Source: a virus (lineage: Duplodnaviria; Caudoviricetes). Taken from it: a stretch of DNA of 64,000 nucleotides. Shown here piece after piece: positions 1-10,102 of the stretch; the first letter of the stretch is position 1, and every line of letters begins with the position of its first letter. The stretch lies in the IMG/VR virus record IMGVR_UViG_2700988815_000001, positions 34,288 to 98,287 of that record; one strand, written 5' to 3'. The position numbers were made by a program, and so were the translations under genes. The notes under the pieces were generated by a model. The model saw only the letters and a program-made list of their open reading frames with translations, had not been told where the DNA came from and ran no database searches.

Positions 1-2
1 TC

Positions 3-230
3 GCTCCTTTTGCTGCAACAGCAGAAGCAGGTAGTGTTGAGATTGTTGAGGCGGATTGGACGAAGGACTACTTGATGGAACTAGAACGTTTCGATGGTAG
101 CAAGAATATTAAAGACGACCAAGTGGACGCCACATCTGATGCCTTCCACGCACTATCGTCTGAACAATATCTTCCTGACTTCTCTGTCCCAGTTATGACT
201 CAGGCAAATCCATTTGCATTCTACAGATAA
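3..230 (+). CDS. terL: Terminase large subunit, C-terminal end (partial, runs off window)
   Basis: Frame 3 reads ...ELERFDGSKNIKDDQVDATSDAF...*; DDQVDA is the RNase H-like nuclease motif of TerL; lies directly upstream of the portal. Confidence 0.85.
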   Translation, partial: APFAATAEAGSVEIVEADWTKDYLMELERFDGSKNIKDDQVDATSDAFHALSSEQYLPDFSVPVMTQANPFAFYR

Positions 231-241
231 GGTGAGGAACA

Positions 242-1699
242 ATGGCTAAGAGAAAAGTTGAAAAAGCAGTTGCTCCGATGCCCAGACTTCGCCTTGGTGA
301 GATTGGTGCGATTGGACTAAAACAATATGGTGGACATGTAGCGGAAGAGAATCGTCGTGAACTTAGGTTCCCAGAGGCGTGCAAAACATTCCGTACAATG
401 TCCCAAGACGCTACAATCAAATCTGCCATCTCTCTTGTTGAGATGATGATTAGTCGAGTTGATTGGAGTGTTGATCTGGGTATTGAACCTAGTGCTGAAA
501 TGAAAGCTCGCGGAGAATTCCTTGAGTCTGTTATCAACGACATGGAGCACAGCTTTGCTGACTTCATTCGTGAAGTGACAAGCATGTACACATACGGCTT
601 CTCTGTTCATGAGAAGGTTTACCGTCGTCGTACATTCGAATCTGGTAGCTCTTACAATGACAACAAGATTGGCATTCGTAAGCTCCCTGTTCGCTCTCAG
701 GACACAATCTCTCGTTGGGTATACAGTGATGACGGTCGTGACCTTATCGGCCTTGAGCAGTCCCTAGCGGGCGTTCAGAACGGTGATCGTTACTTCAACC
801 TCAGCTCTGATGGCATCATCCAGATTCCACGTAAGAAATTTATGCTGTTCCGTGTAGATTCTAAGCGTGACAACCCAGAAGGCAACAGCCCTCTACGTGG
901 TTGCTACAACGCTTGGCTCTTCCGCAGACAGATTGAAGAACAGGAAGCTATCGGTATCACACGTGATATGAACGGTATGCCAACTCTGTATCTTCCACCA
1001 CGCTACATGAGTGAAGACGCATCTGATAGTGAGAAGGCAATCTTCGAATACTACAAGAACGTTATCCGTAACATCCAAATGAACGAACAATCTGGTCTGA
1101 TCTTGCCACAAGCATTTGACCCAGAAAGCCGTCAACCTCTCTTCAAGTTCGAACTGACTTCTACCCAAGGTGGAAAGATGTACGACACAGACGTGATCAT
1201 CAAACGTTGGGATAACAAAATCCTGATGGTGTTGTTCGCTGACATGTTGAAGATGGGTCAAGACCAAGTTGGATCTTACTCTCTAGCTGGTGCAAAAACA
1301 AACATCATGGCGATGGCTATTGAAGCCCGTCTGAAAGAGATTCAAGACACGCTCAACAACGACCTGATCCCACAACTCTTTGCACTGAATGGAGAAATCC
1401 TGACAGCAAAAGAACTGCCTAAACTGTGCTACGGTGATCTTGACGAAGTTGACTTGGATGAATTCTCTAAAGCAATTCAACGTATGGGTAGTGTTGGTGC
1501 TCTTGAACTTGACCGCGATATGGCGAACAAGATTCGTGAATCTATCAAAGTGACATTGAAGAAACCAGATGAACCAGTTGACAAAGAAGAAATCATGGGA
1601 GGCGAAAGCCAAGCTGGTGACGGACTTGCAGCAGGTGGTGGAAACGGTGCCTCTAAGAAAGCTTCTGGTAGAGACAATGCTGCTGCAAACAACGCATAG
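242..1699 (+). CDS. Portal protein (DUF935-like)
   Basis: 485 aa, follows TerL; NPEGNSPLRGCY and GSYSLA motifs typical of this portal family. Confidence 0.85.
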   Translation: MAKRKVEKAVAPMPRLRLGEIGAIGLKQYGGHVAEENRRELRFPEACKTFRTMSQDATIKSAISLVEMMISRVDWSVDLGIEPSAEMKARGEFLESVINDMEHSFADFIREVTSMYTYGFSVHEKVYRRRTFESGSSYNDNKIGIRKLPVRSQDTISRWVYSDDGRDLIGLEQSLAGVQNGDRYFNLSSDGIIQIPRKKFMLFRVDSKRDNPEGNSPLRGCYNAWLFRRQIEEQEAIGITRDMNGMPTLYLPPRYMSEDASDSEKAIFEYYKNVIRNIQMNEQSGLILPQAFDPESRQPLFKFELTSTQGGKMYDTDVIIKRWDNKILMVLFADMLKMGQDQVGSYSLAGAKTNIMAMAIEARLKEIQDTLNNDLIPQLFALNGEILTAKELPKLCYGDLDEVDLDEFSKAIQRMGSVGALELDRDMANKIRESIKVTLKKPDEPVDKEEIMGGESQAGDGLAAGGGNGASKKASGRDNAAANNA

Positions 1700-1708
1700 G
1701 AGTGACAC

Positions 1709-2164
1709 ATGGAATTCACTAAGCAAGCACTTCTTGACATGATCGAGAAATGTTTTGGAGGCTCGCAAGAGTCTCCAGAGCTAAAAGTTGAAGTTACCAA
1801 GTCTCTAGACGAAGAGGATCGTAAGGCTCTCTTCGTTGTTCTTGAACCAGATGTAGTTGACCTTCACGGTGATACTTACACAGCGGTTGAAGTTGAGAAG
1901 GCTTGTGACAACTACAATGAACACTGCCGCGTTGCAAACCTATTCCATCAGATCGAAACAGAAGAAGCTACCGTAGTTCAATCGTTTATCGCTCCTGCTT
2001 CCTTCACACTAGACAATGGTGTTGAAGTGCAGAAGGGTACTTGGTTGCAATGGTGGAAGTTCCCTGAAACTGAAACTGGTGAGGCTTTGTGGCAAGGTGT
2101 TAAATCTGGTGACATTAATGGCGTGTCCATTGGTGCTCTGGCCGTAGCTGAGGAACTAGAATGA
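1709..2164 (+). CDS. Prohead protease (XkdF-like serine protease)
   Basis: VLEPDVVDLHGD, NLFH, GTW and W..VKSG.INGVSIG motifs; position after portal. Confidence 0.75.
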   Translation: MEFTKQALLDMIEKCFGGSQESPELKVEVTKSLDEEDRKALFVVLEPDVVDLHGDTYTAVEVEKACDNYNEHCRVANLFHQIETEEATVVQSFIAPASFTLDNGVEVQKGTWLQWWKFPETETGEALWQGVKSGDINGVSIGALAVAEELE

Positions 2165-3081
2165 CTGACCAAACAAAAGCAAAGCGTCGTCTAACAGACA
2201 TTAGCTTTGAACATGAAGGTGCTCACGTAGCCCTTGTTAGTAAGACACAAGGTGGCCCAGCTAACGGTGTGACAACCCTTATCACGAAAGCCACAAATCA
2301 AATCGACAAAGACCTCATTGAGAAGGCTACAACAGTAACCGTCGAAATGCAGTTCCCCGAATTCCTCCGTAAGTTCTTTGGACTGTACTGGGAAGATGCA
2401 GAAGTTCTCTCTTCTGTAATGGGCTATGGACGTACAGAATATCCTGATACTTCTGAGAAGGATTATATCGACTCCCGAGTTGAATCCATCCATATCATGA
2501 AAGCTGTATACCGTGCCGAAAACTTGGAGAAGGCACTAGCTGACCTAACTCCAGATCAATCGCTGGCTCTTTTGAAAGATCAAGAGATGCTGGAAAAAGC
2601 TCTGGAGTCTCTGCCAGAACAAACCAAATCTAAACATGAGGACACTCCCTTGGAACAAATCCTGAAATCCGCTCACCTAGAAGCTCTGGCTGATGCCGTT
2701 GCTATCGAAAAAGCTGCCGGTGTTGCTGCTGTTGCAGAAGTTCAAAAAGCTCTTGACGCTCAAGCAGAAGTGCTAAAGTCTGTTCAAGCAGAAGTTGAAA
2801 CTTTCAAAGCTGCCGCTGCTACCGCTAAAGTTGAAGCTCGCAAGTCTGCACTTGTTGACGCTAAAGTTCCTGCCGAAAAACTGGAAGCAGTTCTGAAATC
2901 GCTTACTGCTCTAGACGACGAAGCATTTACCGCTCAGGTAGACTTGCTGAAATCTATGGCATCTGCTGTTGATAATTCTGAAATGATGCAAGAGGCTGGC
3001 GTTGCTGGTGCTGGTGCAGAGTCTCAAGAAGAAGTTGATCGCACAACTGCAATCCTTAAAGCCCGTTACGGCGTTAAGTAA
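2161..3081 (+). CDS. Head scaffold protein
   Basis: N-terminal HVALV...GPANG motif, Ala/Glu/Lys-rich coiled C-terminus, upstream of capsid genes. Confidence 0.65.
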   Translation: MTDQTKAKRRLTDISFEHEGAHVALVSKTQGGPANGVTTLITKATNQIDKDLIEKATTVTVEMQFPEFLRKFFGLYWEDAEVLSSVMGYGRTEYPDTSEKDYIDSRVESIHIMKAVYRAENLEKALADLTPDQSLALLKDQEMLEKALESLPEQTKSKHEDTPLEQILKSAHLEALADAVAIEKAAGVAAVAEVQKALDAQAEVLKSVQAEVETFKAAAATAKVEARKSALVDAKVPAEKLEAVLKSLTALDDEAFTAQVDLLKSMASAVDNSEMMQEAGVAGAGAESQEEVDRTTAILKARYGVK

Positions 3082-3107
3082 TTTACTATCTATAGGAGAT
3101 ACACACA

Positions 3108-3494
3108 ATGGCACAATACGCTGCTGATGTACAACGTCTAAGCAACTGGCTGGTATACGAAGAAGAAGCTGGAAGTGGTGTAACACGTGAAGTGTTGCTC
3201 AAGTCCGCAACTAACGCAACCATCACTGGCTCTGTTCTGGACAGCACTGGACAACTGGTTGTTGCAGCTACCCTAGCTGACGCAACTTACATTCTGATTG
3301 ACGACCTGACTCGTCCTTCTGCCGCTGAATACACTAAGGTGTTGGTACTTGCTCGCGGTCACGCGAAAGTAGGTAAAGCTGCTCTGATCTTTGGTTCTGA
3401 CGTTACGACTGACAACCAACGTAAAACAGCAACTGACAAACTGGCTCTGAAGAACATCTTCGCAGTTGACCAACTAACCTACAACAACGTTTAA
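3108..3494 (+). CDS. Head decoration protein
   Basis: 128 aa immediately before the major capsid gene; strong RBS AGGAG. Confidence 0.65.
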   Translation: MAQYAADVQRLSNWLVYEEEAGSGVTREVLLKSATNATITGSVLDSTGQLVVAATLADATYILIDDLTRPSAAEYTKVLVLARGHAKVGKAALIFGSDVTTDNQRKTATDKLALKNIFAVDQLTYNNV

Positions 3495-3506
3495 TAGGAG
3501 GACTAA

Positions 3507-4568
3507 ATGTCTACACAAGTTCAACTCGCTAAGCAGGCCGTTCGTAGCTACGCTAACAACAACTACGAATACACAGACCTGTCCCAGCCGCTGATGATTA
3601 TCCCGAACGATTGGTTCCTTGGAACTCAACTGGGCATCTTCGGAAAAGACACAACAAACCAAGAGACGATTACTCTAGAAGAAATCACTGTTGGTTACGG
3701 CCTGATCAAAGACGTTCACCGTGGTGCTCGTCACACTGTGATCAGTGACCCAACTCGTAAAATGCAAGCATTTGCGATCCCACACTTCACCCTCGACGCT
3801 TCTATCACTCCACGTGATATCCAAGGTAAGCGTGCTTTCGGTGTTGACCAACTGGAAACTCTGGCAGCAGTTCGCGCTCGCAAGCTAGAAGTTATCCGTA
3901 AGTCTTGGGCTGCTACTCACGAAGCTGCTATCTGGCACACAATCGTAACTGGTACTGCATACGCTCCTAACGGAAACGTAAGCTACGACTGGTACGCTCA
4001 ATTCGGTGCAACACGTACAACTGTTGACTTCGAACTGAACACTGCTACAACTGACATCATCGCTAAAACTGAAGAAGTTTTCGCTTCCATCCAAGACAAC
4101 GCTCTGGACGGAACTGTACGTGGTGAAGTGTTTGCTGTTGCATCGCCAGAGTTCTTCGCTAAGCTGATCGGACACCCAACAATGAAGGCTCTGTGGCTAG
4201 CTTACGCTCAGTCTCCACAAATCCTGCGTGACCGTCTGCAAGCACGTGGCTACGACGCCCGTTACCGTGAGTTCACAATCGGTAACATCACTTACATCGA
4301 AAACCGTGGTATCAACCCAGATGGAACTCGTCAGATTCCAGTTGGCGATTGCTACTTCTTCCCAAGCGATGTGGGCGATGGCGACAACTTCGTGCAATAC
4401 TTCGGCCCAGCCGATCACTTCGACTTCGTAAACACTCAAGGGCAAGAGCTGTACGCCTTCGAATACGGAGACAACCGTGGTCAGATGATCGAAATCCAAA
4501 CCGAATCCAACTTCCTGAACGTGCTTCGCCGTCCACAGTTGATCGTAAAAGGCATCGTTGGTGCCTAA
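3507..4568 (+). CDS. Major capsid protein (lambda gpE-like, HK97 fold)
   Basis: 353 aa, biased codon usage, FGPAD and QTESNFL...RP motifs, followed by a terminator. Confidence 0.9.
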   Translation: MSTQVQLAKQAVRSYANNNYEYTDLSQPLMIIPNDWFLGTQLGIFGKDTTNQETITLEEITVGYGLIKDVHRGARHTVISDPTRKMQAFAIPHFTLDASITPRDIQGKRAFGVDQLETLAAVRARKLEVIRKSWAATHEAAIWHTIVTGTAYAPNGNVSYDWYAQFGATRTTVDFELNTATTDIIAKTEEVFASIQDNALDGTVRGEVFAVASPEFFAKLIGHPTMKALWLAYAQSPQILRDRLQARGYDARYREFTIGNITYIENRGINPDGTRQIPVGDCYFFPSDVGDGDNFVQYFGPADHFDFVNTQGQELYAFEYGDNRGQMIEIQTESNFLNVLRRPQLIVKGIVGA

Positions 4569-4575
4569 TTGAAAT

Positions 4576-4602
4576 GGGGAGAGCTTGTCTCTCCCCTTTC
4601 TT
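4576..4602 (+). terminator. Rho-independent terminator after major capsid gene
   Basis: GGGGAGAG-CTTGT-CTCTCCCC followed by TTTCTT. Confidence 0.8.
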
Positions 4603-4618
4603 GTTTTAGGAGAACCAT

Positions 4619-5098
4619 ATGCCATACAGCGGAAACCCAGCGACTAGTGCAACCGACAGAGTAAGACTCAACGTTGGTGATATCTGGCCTGACTTTGAAC
4701 TGCTTCACGATGAAGACTATCAGTATTTCATCGACAAATACAACGGCAATGAGAACAGAGCGACACTAGATGCTGCTCGCACTCTGATGTTTGTCCTAGC
4801 ACGCTTCACACGTGAACGTACAGGCGATATCGAAGTGTATGGTGGAGATATCTTCTCTAACTACTACAAAGCCTTGGAGCTTATCCTGAAAGACCCTAAC
4901 GCAGCTATCAGCTTGGCTATGCCATATGCTGGTGGTATTAGTCGTGAGGATATGCACGCTAACAGAATGAACTGTGATAACAACGCTGTCCGTATTGCAA
5001 CAGAACGTCCACTCCGTCTTGGTTGTGGCAACTGGCAATACAACTATGACATGCTGAACTGTCAAGGTGTTGGTGGTGGACATGGGTCTTACTATTAA
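4619..5098 (+). CDS. Head-tail adaptor/connector protein
   Basis: DRVRLNVGD motif and position after capsid gene. Confidence 0.65.
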   Translation: MPYSGNPATSATDRVRLNVGDIWPDFELLHDEDYQYFIDKYNGNENRATLDAARTLMFVLARFTRERTGDIEVYGGDIFSNYYKALELILKDPNAAISLAMPYAGGISREDMHANRMNCDNNAVRIATERPLRLGCGNWQYNYDMLNCQGVGGGHGSYY

Positions 5099-5549
5099 GT
5101 TCGACAACAAAATCCCAGCTCTCCTAAAGAGGCTGGACAAATTAAATGGTACGGAAGTCGAAGTTGGTTTCTTTGAAGAGGATCGTTATGGCCCTGAGAA
5201 CCACAACTTGCCTGTAGCTACAGTAGCTGCTTACAACGAATTCGGTACTGTGCATAACCCACAAAGACCTTTCATGTCTGACACGTTCTCTAGCGATGCT
5301 AACCAAGCCATTATGGCGAGGTTGATGAAGAACGTATTTGTCAGTGCCATGAGCGGCGGGACAGCCACACAAAGGCTGTTGAACATCCTTGGTCGAATCA
5401 CTGGAGAGTTGATGCAAGTTACCATTGCACAATACGCTGCTATGGGCGGTAACTCCAAAGAGACGATTAAGAAAAAAGGCGGTAGAGATACGCCACTGAT
5501 TGACACAGGTAAGATGCTTGAGTCTGTCAGATTCCACATCCACCGTTAA
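5082..5549 (+). CDS. Neck/tail completion protein (HK97 gp10-like)
   Basis: NEFGT...PQRPFM and PLIDTGKM motifs; start moved to ATG 5082. Confidence 0.7.
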   Translation: MGLTIKFDNKIPALLKRLDKLNGTEVEVGFFEEDRYGPENHNLPVATVAAYNEFGTVHNPQRPFMSDTFSSDANQAIMARLMKNVFVSAMSGGTATQRLLNILGRITGELMQVTIAQYAAMGGNSKETIKKKGGRDTPLIDTGKMLESVRFHIHR

Positions 5550-5560
5550 GGAGTATAACA

Positions 5561-5929
5561 ATGAGAAATCCCCCACTGCTCCTAACTGGACATACAACGC
5601 TCGATATTATCCGCCGTGAGGCAGAGACAATCATTCGCGGGCGTCCTAGCCCCGGAGCTGAGAGTACAGTCCAAGTTGTATGCAACGTACAGCCGGTGCT
5701 GAAATCCACAGACACCTACCTCTTGCCAGAAGCTGATCGTACACGTGCGACACTTAAAGTGTACACGAAAGGTGATCCATTGAGACAGCGTAAAGAAGGC
5801 CCAAACGGATATGCTGCTGACCGATTCTATTGGAAAGGTGAGCTGTACGAAGTGATGAAGGTTATTGATTATGACATGGGCGTTCTCAACCATTACAAAG
5901 CCTTGTGCATGAGGGTTGAGCTAACATGA
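5561..5929 (+). CDS. Head closure/stopper protein
   Basis: Beta-rich 122 aa with NVQP and HYKA motifs, neck position. Confidence 0.6.
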   Translation: MRNPPLLLTGHTTLDIIRREAETIIRGRPSPGAESTVQVVCNVQPVLKSTDTYLLPEADRTRATLKVYTKGDPLRQRKEGPNGYAADRFYWKGELYEVMKVIDYDMGVLNHYKALCMRVELT

Positions 5930-6495
5930 ATATCTATCAAGACTTAGAAGACTCTCTTTACAATATCGTCTCTACACTTCACCCAGACTGGAATATCCTC
6001 TTCGCATTTACTAACGCTGCTGAGCCTCAGAATCCTTACCTCGTTATCGACGTAAAGAAGCTGACTCCGATTGGACGTGAGTACAACTCGACACCAACTA
6101 TTGGTGCTGATGATGTGAAGTTGATCCAGACAACAATTCAAGACCACGAAGCAACTGTGAGATTTGAATTTGTTGGTAAGTACGACGATCAAACTTCTGT
6201 GGCTGAAATGGCCCAACAGCTTCAAATTGAGTTGAGGACTCAGAATGGATACTTGCTACAAGCCGAGAATAGACTCTCGCTGTACAGACTGTCCACTCTA
6301 CGCAGACTTCCACTCCCACGGGACACAGACATGTACATGATCTATCAACTGGATTGTGTGTTCGCATACGCTGCTGTACTCACAACAGAACAGGATTACG
6401 CGACAGCCCTTGAAGGCAAAGGCGTATATCACGATGCAAACAGGCCACCAGACTACGTGCTGGAAACCGAATTTGAAATCACTCTACCTACTTAG
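5926..6495 (+). CDS. Tail terminator/neck protein
   Basis: Position immediately before the sheath gene. Confidence 0.55.
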   Translation: MNIYQDLEDSLYNIVSTLHPDWNILFAFTNAAEPQNPYLVIDVKKLTPIGREYNSTPTIGADDVKLIQTTIQDHEATVRFEFVGKYDDQTSVAEMAQQLQIELRTQNGYLLQAENRLSLYRLSTLRRLPLPRDTDMYMIYQLDCVFAYAAVLTTEQDYATALEGKGVYHDANRPPDYVLETEFEITLPT

Positions 6496-6506
6496 GAGAA
6501 TAACGT

Positions 6507-7790
6507 ATGACCGTTCTTACGGATATCATTGAAATCAACATCAGCCGAGAAACTGCTGCTGTTGCTCAAACAAACTTCAACGTGCCTATGTTCGTATCTG
6601 CTCACACCCGCTTTGCAGAACGTGCTCGCACATACTCCAGCCTGACTGCCGTAGCAGAAGACTTCAGCCCAAGTGACTCCGCTTACGTGGCCGCTCAGAA
6701 GCTCTTCGGACAGGTGCTCAAGCCTTCCCAGATCGTAATTGGTCGTCGTCTTGTTCCAAGCTCTACAATCAGCATCCAAGCTGCTGTAGCTGGCACATAC
6801 ACAATGACAATCAACACAATCAACTTCAGCTACGTCGCTACTGGCGTTGACACAACTATCACTATCGGTGCTGGCCTGAAAGCTGCTTACGACGTAACTC
6901 CGGTTTCTGGCGTAACTGTTACAGACAACCTCGACGGTACACTGACTGTTTCTTCTTTGATTGGTTACTCTCTTGAAGTTACAAGCAACATGGGTCAAGC
7001 CAACCAGCCATCTACTGAATCTTGGGTAACAACAATCAACGAAATCACCGTAGTGAACAACACTTGGTATGCCGTGATGATTGAATCCCACGCTGAAACT
7101 GATGTACTTGCTGTAGCTGGTCAGATCGAAGGCATGAAGAAAGTGTTCGCCACATCTTCTCAGTCTTCTGATATCAAGACAACTGCAACAACTGACACAT
7201 TCTCTAAGCTGCAAGACCTTGGCTACCAACGTACTTTCGGTATGTACTCTGCCACTGCTGACGCTGAATTCCCAGAAGCTGCTTGGGTTGGATACCAACT
7301 GCAAGAGCAACCGGGTTCTAACACTTGGGCTTACAAAGCTCTGTCTGGTGTTACAGTGTCCACTCTGTCTGACACAGAATCTACAAACGTCCACACCAAG
7401 AACGGGACAACTTACGAAACTGTAGGTGGCTTGAACAGCACTATCGGAGCTAAGATGTTCGGTGGTGAATGGATCGACGTAATGATCTTTGTTGACTGGC
7501 TAGAACAGCGTATGAAAGAACGTCTGTGGAGCCGCTTGGCTAACAGCAAGAAAATCCCTTACACAGCCGCAGGTGCCGCTATTATCGAAGCTGAGATTCG
7601 TGCTCAGTTGAACGATGGTATCCGTGTGGGTGGACTGGCTAACAGCCCAGCTCCAACTGTAGAAGTGCCTGATGTTCTTAGCGTGTCTGTCAACGCACGT
7701 GCTCAACGTATCTTCGAAGGCATCACATTCGAAGCCCGTCTTGCTGGTGCTATCCACTTCGTTAAAATCTCTGGAACAGTAACCGTTTAA
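6507..7790 (+). CDS. Tail sheath protein (DUF3383-like)
   Basis: PGSNTWAYK, GEWIDV...DWL, KIPYT and LAGAIH motifs. Confidence 0.9.
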   Translation: MTVLTDIIEINISRETAAVAQTNFNVPMFVSAHTRFAERARTYSSLTAVAEDFSPSDSAYVAAQKLFGQVLKPSQIVIGRRLVPSSTISIQAAVAGTYTMTINTINFSYVATGVDTTITIGAGLKAAYDVTPVSGVTVTDNLDGTLTVSSLIGYSLEVTSNMGQANQPSTESWVTTINEITVVNNTWYAVMIESHAETDVLAVAGQIEGMKKVFATSSQSSDIKTTATTDTFSKLQDLGYQRTFGMYSATADAEFPEAAWVGYQLQEQPGSNTWAYKALSGVTVSTLSDTESTNVHTKNGTTYETVGGLNSTIGAKMFGGEWIDVMIFVDWLEQRMKERLWSRLANSKKIPYTAAGAAIIEAEIRAQLNDGIRVGGLANSPAPTVEVPDVLSVSVNARAQRIFEGITFEARLAGAIHFVKISGTVTV

Positions 7791-7824
7791 TTACGGTTAC
7801 ATCCAGCCAAACTAGGAGACTAAC

Positions 7825-8349
7825 ATGGCTACACAACGTCTTGCTACATTCGCTCCAAATGATGTGAGTGTCATTATCACACAAACGAGCACAGGTATTG
7901 CCCACGTTATCAGCGGCTACTCTGAGGACTCCATCGTTAACATCGAATGGACAAGCCCACGATACGCTCTGTACACTGGTGCAGACAACACTGGTACACG
8001 TGTCTTCAACGCAAGTAACTCTGCGACACTGACACTGAGCCTGCAACAAACTTCTGCATCCAACGACGTATTGACTATGTTGTTTAACAACGATGGTCGT
8101 AACACCGATGGTCTTTTCTCTATCCAAGTTAAAGACTCTTCTGGTCGTTCTACATACTTCTCTGACGATGCTTACATTGGTGTACGTCCTAACGCTGGTT
8201 TCTCTAACAGCATGATGACACGTGATTGGGCTATCCAAGCTTTCAACCTTGACGGGTATGCTGGTGGTAACGCAATCCTCACTCCAGAAGACCAAGCTAC
8301 TATCGAAACTCTCGGTGGTACTATCGCTGCGAAGTGGCTACAACAGTAA
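7825..8349 (+). CDS. Tail tube protein
   Basis: Follows sheath; TFAPNDV and LQQTSASND motifs; terminator downstream. Confidence 0.8.
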   Translation: MATQRLATFAPNDVSVIITQTSTGIAHVISGYSEDSIVNIEWTSPRYALYTGADNTGTRVFNASNSATLTLSLQQTSASNDVLTMLFNNDGRNTDGLFSIQVKDSSGRSTYFSDDAYIGVRPNAGFSNSMMTRDWAIQAFNLDGYAGGNAILTPEDQATIETLGGTIAAKWLQQ

Positions 8350-8359
8350 TACATTCGTT

Positions 8360-8394
8360 AAGGGGCTTCCATTCGTGGTGGCCCCTTTTCTTTT
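8360..8394 (+). terminator. Rho-independent terminator
   Basis: AAGGGGCT...GGCCCCTT followed by TTCTTTT. Confidence 0.75.
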
Positions 8395-8413
8395 ATATGC
8401 ACGGAGGTAAATT

Positions 8414-8917
8414 ATGGCAAGCCTACTTAACTACTCCCCAAATGATGTGACAATTACCGTAGCAGGGTTGTACTCCGTTACAGGCTATGCCGAAGGTACA
8501 TTCGTTCGCATTACAAAGGACACACAACAAATTTCTACAACACGCGCTATGGACGGTACAATGTCCCGCGTTAAATCCCCCGATACTGGTTGGAAGGTGG
8601 AGATTACTCTCGCACAATCTTCTAGCGGTAACGACATCTTCTCTACCCTCTGGAACGTTGACAAAGTTACCGGAATGGGCAAATTCCCGCTGTTCATCAA
8701 AGACGGAAGTGGGAGCACAATGTTTATGGCTGCAACTGCTTGGATTGAAGAGATTCCTGACATCATCTTCTCCAACCAGATGGAAACCCGTACATGGCGT
8801 TTCGGAGCTACAGACGTAATTGTTAACGTTGGTGGTAACGGTGATGGCGACCTGTCGTCTATCCTCGGCCTGAGTGCTTCTGTACTGCCAGTCCTTCAAA
8901 ACTTCCAAATCATTTAA
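8414..8917 (+). CDS. Tail tube-like protein (paralog 2)
   Basis: YSPNDV, LAQSSSGND and IKDGSGS segments align by eye with 7825-8349. Confidence 0.65.
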   Translation: MASLLNYSPNDVTITVAGLYSVTGYAEGTFVRITKDTQQISTTRAMDGTMSRVKSPDTGWKVEITLAQSSSGNDIFSTLWNVDKVTGMGKFPLFIKDGSGSTMFMAATAWIEEIPDIIFSNQMETRTWRFGATDVIVNVGGNGDGDLSSILGLSASVLPVLQNFQII

Positions 8918-8926
8918 GGAGATTTT

Positions 8927-9463
8927 ATGTCTGGTAGTGTATTGACGTATGACCCGAAGAGTGTTACTATTAGTGTTTGCGGATGGATTGTTCCGGGCAT
9001 TGTGAGCGTATCTCTCCAATGGAAATCGGAAGCCTTCTCTGTCCGTAAAGGGATTCGTGGTGTCCACACCCGTATCTACAACCCAGACAGACAAGCCACG
9101 CTGGTTATCGAACTACTTCAAACCTCTATCGCAAACGATGTATTCACTTCCATCGTCTTGCAGGATGCTCAGCATCACGCAGGTTTGCTCGACCCAGTAA
9201 TGCTTAAAGACACTTCTGGTACATCTCGTTTCACAACGTCGCAAGCTTTCATCAAAACCTTCCCAGAAATGACCTTCAATGCCGAAGGAACAATTACACG
9301 TAAATGGGAAATCGAAATTCTATCGTTCGTAACAGCATCTGGTAACGTTGGTGGTTCTGCCTCTAACGGTATTGACGTTACGGATATTATCTCTGGAGCT
9401 ATGTCGAGTGCTCAAGACCTTGTGTCTGACAGCTTCGGTGCAGTCTCTGGGTACTTTAGTTAA
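8927..9463 (+). CDS. Tail tube-like protein (paralog 3)
   Basis: YDPKSV, LLQTSIAND and LKDTSGT segments align by eye with the tube gene. Confidence 0.65.
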   Translation: MSGSVLTYDPKSVTISVCGWIVPGIVSVSLQWKSEAFSVRKGIRGVHTRIYNPDRQATLVIELLQTSIANDVFTSIVLQDAQHHAGLLDPVMLKDTSGTSRFTTSQAFIKTFPEMTFNAEGTITRKWEIEILSFVTASGNVGGSASNGIDVTDIISGAMSSAQDLVSDSFGAVSGYFS

Positions 9464-9482
9464 TAAGTAAGGAGAACACTAA

Positions 9483-9845
9483 ATGGCTATTCAACAAAAA
9501 GAAGTATTCATCAACGGCGAAACATACCTGCTGACTCAACTGCCGGGTATGACTGGACTGAAGCTTGGTAAGCAATTGATCAAAACCCTTGGCCCATCCT
9601 TTGCACAACTGCAAGGTGAAGAAGCAAGCGTTGCTAAAGCTCTGAACATCCTGTTTGATAACCTAGACGACAATGCAGAAGCACTGATCATCGCCCTTGT
9701 TAGCTCTGCTTCGAAAGGAAGCGTAGCAATCAACTTCAACAACGAGTTCGCTGGAAACTACGACACTCTGTTCCTGTTGGTTAAAGAGATTGTGGAGTTT
9801 AACTACGGATCGGTTTTTCAGATGCTAGGTTCCGGCGTCCTGTAA
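9483..9845 (+). CDS. Tail assembly chaperone (gpG-like)
   Basis: 120 aa between tube genes and tape measure; slippery site near the 3' end. Confidence 0.75.
   Translation: MAIQQKEVFINGETYLLTQLPGMTGLKLGKQLIKTLGPSFAQLQGEEASVAKALNILFDNLDDNAEALIIALVSSASKGSVAINFNNEFAGNYDTLFLLVKEIVEFNYGSVFQMLGSGVL
9812..9818 (+). other. Putative -1 programmed ribosomal frameshift site G GTT TTT
   Basis: The -1 frame from here is open (SDARFRRPVNSNAEPQ) and continues into ORF 9866-10090. Confidence 0.7.
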
Positions 9846-9865
9846 ACTCTAACGCGGAGCCACAG

Positions 9866-10090
9866 ATGGTTCATCCTCGACTGAAAAAGGTTGAGGACGG
9901 CTATTCACAAGACTGGGAAATCTTCCGTATCATGACAAGTGATATGAGAGGGCTTCCCAGCTACATTGAAATGCAAACCACCTGCAACGTAGAGGACATT
10001 TACAACATCCTTGAGATGCTTGATGCTAAGTTTGAGATGGATGAAGTAGCACGAATCCAGCAAGCACAACAGGCTGCTCAGAATAAATAA
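9866..10090 (+). CDS. Tail assembly chaperone C-terminal extension (gpT-like, likely made as a frameshift fusion)
   Basis: In the -1 frame relative to 9483-9845; directly before tape measure. Confidence 0.65.
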   Translation: MVHPRLKKVEDGYSQDWEIFRIMTSDMRGLPSYIEMQTTCNVEDIYNILEMLDAKFEMDEVARIQQAQQAAQNK

Positions 10091-10102
10091 TAGTGAGGCT
10101 AT

